Source: Sinosporangium siamense (GTDB taxonomy: Bacteria; Actinomycetota; Actinomycetes; Streptosporangiales; Streptosporangiaceae). Taken from it: a stretch of DNA of 64,000 nt. The stretch lies in contig NZ_BOOW01000056.1 in NCBI RefSeq assembly GCF_016863435.1, positions 16,717-80,716 on the forward strand. Direction: 5' to 3'. A program made the position numbers and the translations under genes. Positions within the stretch are counted from its first letter, which is position 1, and every line of letters begins with the position of its first letter. Positions 27,622 to 36,658 of this stretch are shown piece after piece. The notes beneath the pieces are model-generated. The model ran no database searches, was not told the origin of the DNA, and was given only the letters and a program-made list of their open reading frames with translations.

Positions 27622-30600
27622 TCAGGCGCCTTCCGCCGTGCGGCGGAAGGCGATCAGCTCCCCGGAGGCGTTGACCACCAGGAGGCCGCCCGGAAGCGCG
27701 GTGAGGCCGGCCACTCCTGCGGGCACGCGGAACACGTCGGCGAGCCCGCGGCCGGCGCAGTCCCAGACCCGCACGGTGCCCTCGCCGTCGCCGCTGAACA
27801 CGACCGGTGTGCCGGCCACCTCACCGGTGGCCAGCGCGGTGACCGGGGTGTCCTGCGACCCCAGCGGCACACCACCGGGCCCCCACCAGATCCGGTACGG
27901 ATCATCCGGCGTCACCCTGGCTCCCGCCCCCGAGACAGCGGACCCGGCCGGCGGTCGCGCGGGCGACCCCTCCGGCGGCACACCGTCGCGGGCTCGCACG
28001 ACCAGCTCACCGGCCGCGTGCTCAAGGGCCAAAAGGTCGTCGCCGAGCACCTCGACCCGGTCGATCCGTACCCCGGCGCGCTCCCCGGCCGACGCGGGCG
28101 ACAAGGCGGGCGCCGCGGGACGGCACGAGCTGAGGTCCCAGACGTGCAACACACCCGAGTTGCCGCCGGTGACCGCGACCAAATGCCCGTCGACGCGGGT
28201 GACCTCCACCGCGTGCACCCCGTGCCCCGGGTGCACCGGCGGGTGGGACTCCCTGGCGATCGGGCCCCCGGCTCCGAGGTCCCACGTCACCACCTTGCCG
28301 TCGCGGCCGACCGTGACGGCGACCGGCCGCCCGTCGATCAGCGTCGCCGCCAGCGACTCCGCGGAGTCGGGGCCGGCGCCGATCCCGGCGGCAAGGGTGA
28401 GGCCGGAGCCGAGCTCCCACACCCGCAGCGTGCCGCCGCCCCCGGCGGTGACCGCCAGGGAGCGTCCCGAGGCCGTCAGGCAGATCGCGGCGTGCGCCGA
28501 CCCCCGGTGCGCGGTGCGGTGGGCGCCGACCTGTTCGCCGGTGCCGAGGTCGGTGACGCACACCCGGCCGTCGCGCGCGGTCGTCACGGCGAGGTCGCGG
28601 CCCCCCGCCCGCGCGCAGGCCACCGAGGTGATGTAGCCGAGCCTGCTGCCGGCTCTCTCCTTCAGGACCTCGCCCGTAGCCGCGTCGCGCACCTGCAACC
28701 AGCCGTCGCCGCTGGCCAGCAGGGCGACCTCCCGCCCGCCGAGCGAGGTGCGGGCCAGAGCGGGGAAGAAGCCCTTGGCCGACCACGTGCGTACCGCCCG
28801 GCCTCCGGCCAGCTCCCAGGCCTTGACCTGGCCGTCGTCCCCCGTGGTGATCGCGACCGGGTCGCCGTCGCGCAGCGCGCAGTCCAGCGCGAGGATCCTG
28901 CCGCGATGCGTCGGAAACGGCGGCCACAGGCGCCGTTCCCTGAGGTCCCAGACCGACAGCCAGCCTTCGCCGTCGGCTGCCACGACGAGGCCCGCCGCAC
29001 CGGACACCGCGCGTAGCAGCGCCACCCGCTGCTTCTTGCGGCTGCGGGGCAGCTCGAAGTCGCCTGGAGGTGGGGAGTGCCGCGCCGTCCCGTCCGGCCC
29101 GTGGGTGTCCCCGGGCGGACCGGCGACCCCGACCGACCAGACGGGCCGCCATGCCAGCGGCGGCGCCCCGGGCGGATGCGCGGCCCGTCTCGCCAGCTCG
29201 GCGAGGCCGGCGCGGGCCGCGCCGAGGGCGAGCTTGCTCCGGCGCTCCTCCAGCGAGGTACGGCGAGGCCGGCCGGCTTCGGCCACCACCCGGGCCAGGG
29301 TCTCCCCGCCCAGCGCGGCGACGGCGGGCAACCACCGGTGGTCGGCGCGGAGCAGAAACTCCGGGTCGTCCAGCAGGTCCGCCGCACGACCGGCGGCCTG
29401 GGCGTGCTGGAGCGCGTGGCGGATCAGGTATGGCTCCGCGGCCTCCCAGTCGCGGGCGCCGGGCGGCCCGAGGGCGGAGAGGAGCGCAGGGAGGTCCGCG
29501 TCCGCCCCGGATGTGCCGGTCGCGAGGTGGTCGACCAGCTCTTGGTGGAAAAGCCGGTAAAGCGCCGCCCCGCCGCCGGCCTCCGCGGACTGCCGGAGGA
29601 AGACACTGCCCGCGCGGAGGGTCTTCAGCAGTTCGTCGAAGCCCGGCTCGCGGTCGAGGCCCGCCCGCGCGGCGACGATCCGGCTCAGCACCCCGATCGG
29701 CATGCCCTCCCCCTTGGCCTCGGCGAGCACCGACAGGCAGGCGCGCAGCAAGGGGTGGGCCGCGTGCCACGCCCGGAGGTAGACCGCGAGCACCTCGGGC
29801 AGCGTGCGGGGCACGTCCACCGCGAACCGCCTGGCCTCTGCCGTGTCCCTCAGCGGGGAGCCGCTCGTGGAGTCGATGAGGAAGCCGGTGTAGAGGCCCG
29901 CGACAAGGAACTCGCCGCACTCCCTGCGGGCGCGCAGGCCGGTCAGCGCCTGGGCGATCTCCGCGGCGAAGGCGCCGCGGACGTCGCCGTGCGGGCGGTA
30001 TTCCGCGACGTCCTCCAGCAACCCGAAGACATATCTCGACAGGTCCTTGCGCAGGACCTCTCGGTCGACGGTGTCGAGGTCGGTGAGGGTGCCGAGAGCG
30101 CGGGCCCGCCCGGCGATCGGCTGGTATTCGCGGTAGTCGCGGCACCCCACCAGCACCCTGGCCGCGTGGCGCCCGTCCGGGCGAGGTGTGCTCGACAGGG
30201 GGAGGATGAGCTCGTTCATGACGGCCACACCGTCGTCGGCCTCGTCGAGGGCGTCGACCACGATGAGCGGGGGCGCGGCCAGGCCGAGGATGCGCCCGAT
30301 CAGCTCACCGGGTGTGGTGCTGGGCGGCAGGGAGAGCTGGGCGCCGAGTTGCTCGTTCACGGCGGCGACCACTCCGGCCGGGCCCCGGTGGCGGGCGTAG
30401 ACCGCGGCCACCCCGCCTCCTGTGGGCGACGGCAGCGGCGAGACACCGTCCAGCAGCGGGAGGGCGGCCTCGTAGAGCGAGGGGTGCGCCGCGCAGGCGA
30501 GCACGCTCACCAGGGCGGACTTTCCGCTGCCCGGGCCGCCGGTGACCATGCCGAGGTCCCCCGGGCCGCGGCCGCTCAGCCACGGCGTCAGCCGTACGAG

Positions 30601-31479
30601 CTCGTCCCTGCGGCCGGTGAACCGCCCGGCACGGCCGCCCGCCTCGCCCACTCCGATGCCGGACAGCAGGTCGAGGAAGTGCCGGTCGACCGGGCCGCCT
30701 TCCCGGGAGATCCGCCCCGGGGAGCGCGGGCGCGCGCCCGCGGCCGGGCCGCCGTTCCTGCGGGCGGCGCCGTTGGGGAAGAACGGCGGCACGAAGACGT
30801 CCTCGCTGGAGTCGAACGCGGTGGAGGCCACCTGCTGCTTCCACGCGCCTCCGGCGTGCGCGGCCCGGATGACGTGCCTGCGCACCGCCCTCGCGACGTC
30901 GGCGAACGGCACGTGGTCGCCGGCGGGATCCGCGTCGAACTCGCCTGCGGCGATGGAGCCGAGGACGGCGGCGAGCGCCTCGGTGAACCGCCCGTCGAAG
31001 GCCGGCCGGTCCGGCTGGCAGGCGGCGATCACCCAGGCGCGGTTGCCGGCTCCCGCCGTGCCGTAGTGCCAGGGCAGTCTGGCCAGGGCGCCGGAGTAGC
31101 AGAGGTCGAGCAGGAAGAGCGTGCGCGGACGGCCGGAGCCGAGCTGCGCGAGCTTGAGCCAGTGCTCGATGTCGTCGACGCGCTCGCCGTCGCTGCCGAG
31201 CGCGTAGACGATGCCGCGGGCGGCCTCGTCGCCGTGCGTGAGCAGGTGGAACACGAGCACCTGGTCCGGCCCGGCCCGGGTCAGCTCGCCGCGGACGATC
31301 TCACCGATGGCCGCGGAGGTCATCGGGCCGGTGTGCATCGCGCACTCATATCCGAGGGACCGCATCGCGGTCGCCAGAGTCTGTGCCCGCTCGACCGCGA
31401 ACGGCAGGTCGTCCCAGGTGTCGCCGGCGAACCGGGGAACCGCGATCAGGATCGCGCGTGGTAGTGCGAGAGAGCTCAT
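27622..31479 (-). CDS. Caspase-like protease – STAND (NACHT-type) NTPase – WD40 beta-propeller multidomain protein (1285 aa)
   Basis: N-terminal His/Cys dyad motifs (VFHLLTHGD ... LFLLDLCYSGA), metacaspase/orthocaspase-like. Walker A MVTGGPGSGKSALVSVLA, Walker B LIVVDALDEADDG. C-terminal ~550 aa with repeated WD-type blades (LSVWDL, VKAWEL, LRVWEL, VVTWDL, LHVWDL, VRVWDC). Start ATG overlaps the flotillin stop (ATGA 31476-31479). Confidence 0.85.
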   Translation of the reverse strand: MSSLALPRAILIAVPRFAGDTWDDLPFAVERAQTLATAMRSLGYECAMHTGPMTSAAIGEIVRGELTRAGPDQVLVFHLLTHGDEAARGIVYALGSDGERVDDIEHWLKLAQLGSGRPRTLFLLDLCYSGALARLPWHYGTAGAGNRAWVIAACQPDRPAFDGRFTEALAAVLGSIAAGEFDADPAGDHVPFADVARAVRRHVIRAAHAGGAWKQQVASTAFDSSEDVFVPPFFPNGAARRNGGPAAGARPRSPGRISREGGPVDRHFLDLLSGIGVGEAGGRAGRFTGRRDELVRLTPWLSGRGPGDLGMVTGGPGSGKSALVSVLACAAHPSLYEAALPLLDGVSPLPSPTGGGVAAVYARHRGPAGVVAAVNEQLGAQLSLPPSTTPGELIGRILGLAAPPLIVVDALDEADDGVAVMNELILPLSSTPRPDGRHAARVLVGCRDYREYQPIAGRARALGTLTDLDTVDREVLRKDLSRYVFGLLEDVAEYRPHGDVRGAFAAEIAQALTGLRARRECGEFLVAGLYTGFLIDSTSGSPLRDTAEARRFAVDVPRTLPEVLAVYLRAWHAAHPLLRACLSVLAEAKGEGMPIGVLSRIVAARAGLDREPGFDELLKTLRAGSVFLRQSAEAGGGAALYRLFHQELVDHLATGTSGADADLPALLSALGPPGARDWEAAEPYLIRHALQHAQAAGRAADLLDDPEFLLRADHRWLPAVAALGGETLARVVAEAGRPRRTSLEERRSKLALGAARAGLAELARRAAHPPGAPPLAWRPVWSVGVAGPPGDTHGPDGTARHSPPPGDFELPRSRKKQRVALLRAVSGAAGLVVAADGEGWLSVWDLRERRLWPPFPTHRGRILALDCALRDGDPVAITTGDDGQVKAWELAGGRAVRTWSAKGFFPALARTSLGGREVALLASGDGWLQVRDAATGEVLKERAGSRLGYITSVACARAGGRDLAVTTARDGRVCVTDLGTGEQVGAHRTAHRGSAHAAICLTASGRSLAVTAGGGGTLRVWELGSGLTLAAGIGAGPDSAESLAATLIDGRPVAVTVGRDGKVVTWDLGAGGPIARESHPPVHPGHGVHAVEVTRVDGHLVAVTGGNSGVLHVWDLSSCRPAAPALSPASAGERAGVRIDRVEVLGDDLLALEHAAGELVVRARDGVPPEGSPARPPAGSAVSGAGARVTPDDPYRIWWGPGGVPLGSQDTPVTALATGEVAGTPVVFSGDGEGTVRVWDCAGRGLADVFRVPAGVAGLTALPGGLLVVNASGELIAFRRTAEGA

Positions 31480-32924
31480 GCGTCGCCGGTGGAACCGGCA
31501 TCACCTTCCCCACGGGCGGACTGCGGCGGGCCGGGCTGCTGCCCGGCGGTGACGGCGGGCGGGACCAGCGCCGAGGCGAGACCGAGAGACGGCATGGCGG
31601 AGACGCCGCCGTTCCCCAGAATCGTCCGGACCATCTCCATGATCGGCAGACCGACCTGGGTGAGGGTGCTGAGCACACTGTTGGTCTCGCCGCCCGCGCT
31701 CTGGATGACGTGCTGAAGGTTCGGCAGCTCGACCTTGGCGGCCTTGGCGATCTCCGGGAGGTTTTCCGCGAGGGTGAGCAAGACGTACTGCTCGGCCTTG
31801 GCCGGGTCCATCGCGGCGATCTTCCCCTGGAGTTCGATGCCCTTCGCCTGGGCGCTCTGCAGCAGCCTCGCGACCTCCAGCTCGTTGAGCTGCCGGGTCT
31901 TGCGGACCTCGGCGGCGTTGATCTGGTCGGCCTCCCACGCCTTCAGCTCTATGCGCTTCCGCTCGACGATGTCGTCCCGCTCGGCTCGCTTCGCGGCGAG
32001 CTGCCTTTCCAGCTCGGCGTGTTTCAGCTCGCTTTCTGCCCGCTGCTGACGGAGCACCGCCTCGAATTCGGCTTGCGCCCGTTTCCGTTCGGCCTCAAGC
32101 TGCTCCTTGAAACGCTGTTTGTCGGCGTCGCTCCTGGCGAGCTCGCGTTCCTGCGTCTCGCTGCGCTGCCGGAGGGCGTATTTCTTCTCGGCAGCGTCGG
32201 CCATGGCCTGCTCCACCTCGACCTCGTAGGAGCGCTCGGCCTTCTCACGCCGCAACTTCGCGTCGATCTCGGTGGCCCGGCGGAGTTCCTCGGCGTGGCC
32301 GTCGTGGTCGTCGATCCGGGTGATGCCCACTTTGTCGACGACGAGCCCGCGGAGGTTGAAGTCGTGCTCCAATTGCTCCCGCATATGCTCGATCACGCTG
32401 GTCTGGTCGGAGACCAGCACCTCGAAGTCGATGTTGCCGATCACCGAGCGGACCTCGCTGCTGATGATGTCTTCAACCGCCTGAGCGAGCCCGGCGGGGT
32501 TTTTGAGATATCTCAGCGCCGCCCGCTGGATGAATTCGCGGCTCTCGCCGACGCGATAGCTGACCACGGCGTGCACGCCGACGCGAAGCATCTGCTGGGT
32601 CTCACATTGGACCGTCACCTTCGCGCTGCGCTCGGACAGGCTGATCTCGCCCTTATGGCGGCGCGGGGGCAGGACGAGCCTGGCCTTTCCCACGACCACC
32701 CGCAGGTCCTCTCCGTCCCTGCCGCTTCTGCCCACCACGCCGCCGGGGAAAATCAGGGCCGTTTGCGGGCCCGGGGTCTCCCACCAGCGTGAAACCACGA
32801 TGAGGGCCAGCACGGCTATGGCGCCGAGGCCGGCTAAGAGCCACGTCAGAAACACAGCACCTCCCGAGGGGAGAACAGGTGTGGCCGACCGCGCGGTAGT
32901 GCCCCCCGTTCTTGTTGAAATCAA
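31476..32924 (-). CDS. Flotillin-like SPFH/band-7 protein (N-terminal TM, SPFH domain, long EA-rich coiled coil)
   Basis: TM (VFLTWLLAGLGAIAVLALIVV). SPFH core (GEISLSERSAKVTVQCETQQMLRVGVHAVVSYRVGESREFIQRAAL). Flotillin-type coiled coil (KLRREKAERSYEVEVEQAMADAAEKKYALRQRSETQERELARS...). Preceded by an AT-rich promoter-like region at 32930-33100. Confidence 0.8.
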   Translation of the reverse strand: MISTRTGGTTARSATPVLPSGGAVFLTWLLAGLGAIAVLALIVVSRWWETPGPQTALIFPGGVVGRSGRDGEDLRVVVGKARLVLPPRRHKGEISLSERSAKVTVQCETQQMLRVGVHAVVSYRVGESREFIQRAALRYLKNPAGLAQAVEDIISSEVRSVIGNIDFEVLVSDQTSVIEHMREQLEHDFNLRGLVVDKVGITRIDDHDGHAEELRRATEIDAKLRREKAERSYEVEVEQAMADAAEKKYALRQRSETQERELARSDADKQRFKEQLEAERKRAQAEFEAVLRQQRAESELKHAELERQLAAKRAERDDIVERKRIELKAWEADQINAAEVRKTRQLNELEVARLLQSAQAKGIELQGKIAAMDPAKAEQYVLLTLAENLPEIAKAAKVELPNLQHVIQSAGGETNSVLSTLTQVGLPIMEMVRTILGNGGVSAMPSLGLASALVPPAVTAGQQPGPPQSARGEGDAGSTGDA

Positions 32925-33278
32925 TTATGGAAAACATTTAGGCGCGATGCGAGCAATGCGGCAGGCGATCATTAACTTCCGACAGGAAAGATCACACTCC
33001 GAATATCCCATAAAACGGGCAGAATACAATAATTCCCGGCAGGCAATCGAGAATCGGCCGCCGCGAAAAGCGCACACACGGGAGCAGGGGCGTACGGCGG
33101 AAGCCGGTGCATGACGATGCACGAGAGTGAATGCAAGACGCCGTGGACATGAGGGCCCGAACCTAGGCCGCATGCAAAACGCACGCCAGACTACACCTGG
33201 TGAGAGCGCATTGGGGGTAAACGACAAAGGGTGCCTGCGCCCTATGCGAACGCCGGCACCCGGGTGCACCACTAAATG

Positions 33279-33351
33279 TGGAGCTATGGGGATTCGAACC
33301 CCAGACCTCCTCCATGCCATGGAGGCGCGCTACCAACTGCGCCATAGCCCC
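33279..33351 (-). tRNA. tRNA-Ala (anticodon GGC), copy 3, opposite strand
   Basis: Reverse complement identical to copy 1. G3:U70 present. Confidence 0.9.
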
Positions 33352-33435
33352 TGGTCACCGCGCGGAGTTTTCTCTTTGCGGCGCTCGGAGAGCATATAGC
33401 CTCACGGCGTCTTCACCTAATCGGCGTCCCCCGGG

Positions 33436-33461
33436 GCTCGCGCCGGCATGCCGGCGCGAGC
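33436..33461. terminator. Perfect 26-nt GC-rich palindrome (GCTCGCGCCGGCA|TGCCGGCGCGAGC), probable terminator or protein-binding site
   Basis: Lies 16 nt downstream of the minus-strand histidine-phosphatase stop, between it and tRNA-Ala copy 3. Confidence 0.45.
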
Positions 33462-33476
33462 CGTACGAGATGTGGA

Positions 33477-34106
33477 TCAGTGTGCCGCTTCGGGGCTGTC
33501 GTCGCTGCGCACGGGCTCCGGGAGGGTGCCCGCGTTGTGTTCGAGCAGGCGCCATCCCTTGCGCCCCTGCTCGATGACAGACCAGGAGCAGTTGGACAAC
33601 CCGCCCAGGGTGTGCCAGAGCTCCTCAGGGAGCCCCAGCAGGCGGGCCAGCCCCAGCCGGAGGGCCGCTCCATGGGAGGCGACGACCAAGAGGCCGTCGT
33701 CGTCGATCTTCTCGGCCCAGCGATTGATCGACAACGAGACCCGCTCGGCGACACGCGTGACGGGTTCGCCGTCGGGAGCCTCCCACGCCTCGAACTGCTC
33801 GGGCCACCGTTCCCTGATCTCGGGGCGGGTGAGGCCCTCCCAGGCGCCACCGCTGCGTTCGCGGAGATCACGGTCGACCGTGATGCCGAGGCCGGTGACG
33901 CCGCTGAGGGCGGACGCCGTGGCGTGGGCCCTCTGCAGATCGGAGGAGACGAGCATGGTCGGCTTCAGCGAGGCGAGCAGGGATGCGGCCCTTCGCGCCT
34001 GCCGGACGCCGGTCTCGTCGAGGGGTATGTCGGAGTGGCCCTGGAAACGTTGTTCGAGGTTCCACTTTGTCTGGCCGTGCCGCCAGCAGACGACTCGGCG
34101 GCTCAT
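33477..34106 (-). CDS. Histidine phosphatase family protein (phosphoglycerate-mutase-like)
   Basis: RHG motif (VVCWRHGQTKWN), catalytic His region (VVASHGAALR). Conserved position downstream of rsfS in actinobacteria. Confidence 0.85.
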   Translation of the reverse strand: MSRRVVCWRHGQTKWNLEQRFQGHSDIPLDETGVRQARRAASLLASLKPTMLVSSDLQRAHATASALSGVTGLGITVDRDLRERSGGAWEGLTRPEIRERWPEQFEAWEAPDGEPVTRVAERVSLSINRWAEKIDDDGLLVVASHGAALRLGLARLLGLPEELWHTLGGLSNCSWSVIEQGRKGWRLLEHNAGTLPEPVRSDDSPEAAH

Positions 34107-34172
34107 GCGGCCTCCTCTTGGCCGCGCGCGGGAAGCACGATGTGGCGTGCCCTGTCGCGCCCCATCCGGCGC

Positions 34173-34583
34173 TCAGCCACCTGCCGCCCCACGCCGGGCC
34201 CTCTGGTTGGCCGCCTGGGTGACGGTGTCCGGCAGCGCGATGGCCGGGCAGTCCTTCCACAGACGCTCAAGGGCGTAAAAGGTGCGGTCGTCCTCATGCT
34301 GGACGTGCACCACGATGTCGACGTAGTCGAGAAGGACCCAACGGCCCTCACGCTCGCCCTCGCGGCGCACCGGCTTGGCGTCGACCTCGATGCGAAGGCG
34401 GTCTTCGATCTCGTCGACGATGGCGCGGACCTGGCGGTCGTTGGTGGCGGAGCAAAGCAGGAAGGCGTCGGTGATGACGAGCTGATCGCTCACGTCGTAG
34501 GCGAGGATGTCATCGGCCAGCTTGTCGGCGGCGGCTTCGGCCGCGACCTTGATGAGCTGGACGGCTCTTTCTGATGCGGTCAC
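34173..34583 (-). CDS. rsfS: Ribosome silencing factor RsfS (Iojap)
   Basis: ILAYDVSDQLVITDAFLLCSATNDRQVRAIVDEIEDRL...WVLLDYVDIVVHVQHEDDRTFYALERLW is the canonical RsfS core. GTG start at 34583 by alignment logic. Confidence 0.8.
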   Translation of the reverse strand: MTASERAVQLIKVAAEAAADKLADDILAYDVSDQLVITDAFLLCSATNDRQVRAIVDEIEDRLRIEVDAKPVRREGEREGRWVLLDYVDIVVHVQHEDDRTFYALERLWKDCPAIALPDTVTQAANQRARRGAAGG

Positions 34584-34771
34584 GGTGTGGGTTTGTCCTC
34601 CAGTGTTCGGCACTGTCAGGTCTGAGCCTGCCCGTTGTAGCCGGGGTTTAGTGATGACCTGCACAAGACACTACCCGGAGCGGCTGACATCGTCGGGCAG
34701 GATGCGGATGGGCGGCCATGTTTCACCTGGTGTTTCACCGGCCCTACTCACGGTGTCCCGTCCGCCTCTTT

Positions 34772-35407
34772 TCAACGCCCGGTCTCGGGCGGCGATTCCC
34801 CATGGCGGTAGAGGCCGCGCTTGTTGATGTACTGCACGATGCCGTCGGGGACGAGATACCAGATCGGCTCACCCGCGCCCACCCGCTCGCGGCATTCGGA
34901 GGAGGAGATCGCCAGGGCGGGGATCTCGATCAGGCTGACCTTCCCCTGGGGCAGCCCGGGATCTTGCAGGGGGTGGCCTGGCCGGGTGCATCCGACGAAG
35001 TGGGCGATCTCAAACAGCTCGTCGGCGTCGCGCCATCCGAGAATGTGGGCCAGGGCGTCGGCGCCGGTGATGAAGTAGATCTCGGTGTCGGGCCCATAAC
35101 TTCGGCAAATATCGCGCAAAGTGTCGATGGTAAAAGTTGGCCCGGGCCGGTCCACGTCGACGCGGCTGACGGAGAAGCGGGGGTTGGAGGCGGTGGCGAT
35201 CACGGTCATGAGATAGCGGTCCTCCGGGGCGGAGACGACACGCTCGGCTTTCTGCCACGGTCTGCCGGTCGGCACGAAGACCACTTCGTCCAGTTCGAAG
35301 TGGTGGGCGACCTCGCTGGCAGCGACGAGGTGGCCGTGATGAATGGGATCAAATGTCCCACCCATCACGCCCAATCGCCGCTTTCCACCGCTGGTCACAG
35401 CGTTCAT
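34772..35407 (-). CDS. nadD: Nicotinate-nucleotide adenylyltransferase
   Basis: [15 protein letters not shown] (H/TxGH motif), [10 protein letters not shown] (ISST/S motif). Upstream of rsfS as usual. Confidence 0.85.
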   Translation of the reverse strand: MNAVTSGGKRRLGVMGGTFDPIHHGHLVAASEVAHHFELDEVVFVPTGRPWQKAERVVSAPEDRYLMTVIATASNPRFSVSRVDVDRPGPTFTIDTLRDICRSYGPDTEIYFITGADALAHILGWRDADELFEIAHFVGCTRPGHPLQDPGLPQGKVSLIEIPALAISSSECRERVGAGEPIWYLVPDGIVQYINKRGLYRHGESPPETGR

Positions 35408-35511
35408 CATGAGACGGACGATACGGGCATGTCTCACGATAGGTCACAGCAGGGTCCTCACCATGGTCAAGGACCGCGCACGACTCCCCTGACGGACGTA
35501 GCATGCCGGGC

Positions 35512-36525
35512 ATGACGACCACCCCGGATCGCACTAGAGTTCCGCTCCCCGGCATCAGCTCTCGTGCGTATGAACATCCCGCCGACCGGTCCGCGCTGGT
35601 CGCGATGCGCTCGCTCAGCGGGTTCGACACCGTGCTCAAGCAGATGTCCGGCTTGGTCAGCGAGCGACGGCTCCGGCTCATTCGACTCGCCTCAGCGGTG
35701 CGCACCAGCGACACCCAGTTCCGCGCGCTCCACGACATGGGCCGCGATAGCGCGTACATCCTGGACCTGCCCAGGGTTCCGGAGATCTACGTTCAGCAGG
35801 ACCCCAAGGCCAACGCCATGGCCATCGGGTTCGACGATCCGTTCATCGTGATCTCGACCGGTCTGCTCGACCTCCTCGACGAGGAGGAACTGCGGTTCGT
35901 CGTGGGCCACGAGACCTCGCACATCCTGTCGGGGCACGCGGTCTACCGCACGATGCTCCTCATCCTGACGCGACTGGCATCGCGGGTCGCCTGGATCCCG
36001 CTGGGTTACATCGGGCTGCGCGCGATCGTGGCCGGGCTTGAGGAGTGGTTCCGCAAGTCCGAACTGTCGGCCGACCGAGGCGGCCTGCTCTGCGGGCAGG
36101 ACTCCGACGCGGCTCTGCGCGCACTCATGAAGCTCGCAGGCGGCTCCCGGCTGCACGAGATGAACATCGAGGCGTTCCTGGAGCAGGCTCGCGAATACGA
36201 CACGGCGGGCGACCTCCGTGACGGCGTGCTCAAGGTGCTCAATCTGCTCGGCACCACCCACCCCTTCGCCGTGGCGCGGGTGGCGGAGCTCGACAAGTGG
36301 CACCGCGAGGGCACCTACGCGCGCGTCATCGCCGGCGACTACCCTCGCCGCGCCGACGACCACCACGCCAAGGTCTCCGAGGAGATCAAGGCCGCGGCCA
36401 ACTCCTACCGCGAGTCCTGGTCGCAGTCGCAGGATCCGTTCATCGGGGTGCTGCGCGACGTCGCGGAGGGCGCGGTCAACGCGGGCGAGCGCATCTTCAA
36501 CAGGTTCGCCCGGCGGGACGGTTAG
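35512..36525 (+). CDS. M48-family zinc metallopeptidase (HtpX-like, non-membrane type)
   Basis: HExxH in FVVGHETSHILSGHAV. Downstream Glu in EWFRKSELSADR. Confidence 0.75.
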   Translation: MTTTPDRTRVPLPGISSRAYEHPADRSALVAMRSLSGFDTVLKQMSGLVSERRLRLIRLASAVRTSDTQFRALHDMGRDSAYILDLPRVPEIYVQQDPKANAMAIGFDDPFIVISTGLLDLLDEEELRFVVGHETSHILSGHAVYRTMLLILTRLASRVAWIPLGYIGLRAIVAGLEEWFRKSELSADRGGLLCGQDSDAALRALMKLAGGSRLHEMNIEAFLEQAREYDTAGDLRDGVLKVLNLLGTTHPFAVARVAELDKWHREGTYARVIAGDYPRRADDHHAKVSEEIKAAANSYRESWSQSQDPFIGVLRDVAEGAVNAGERIFNRFARRDG

Positions 36526-36658
36526 CGCACCATGTGGGCAAAGGCGACCCGGTCGGGGAAGCGGGTCGCCACTGCGCCATCTCCTCCCCCGGAGCTCTCC
36601 GGGGGCTCACCGGGACATTGAAGGTCGTTGCGGGGCAGGCGTGGGATCCCTCGCCTCG

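Noticed and set aside
28022-31464. Large alternative-frame or antisense ORFs (28018..29016, 28022..30145, 29077..31464, 29070..29879) inside the caspase-STAND-WD40 gene
   Set aside because: Low-complexity Arg/Gly/Pro translations. The minus-strand 27622..31479 frame carries all recognisable motifs.
15443-33351. tRNA-Ala copies as attL/attR of a recently integrated element
   Set aside because: All three are complete 73-nt tRNA genes rather than a gene plus partial 3' repeat. One is inverted, and no integrase or excisionase is present. Kept only as a hypothesis of ancient or duplicative origin.
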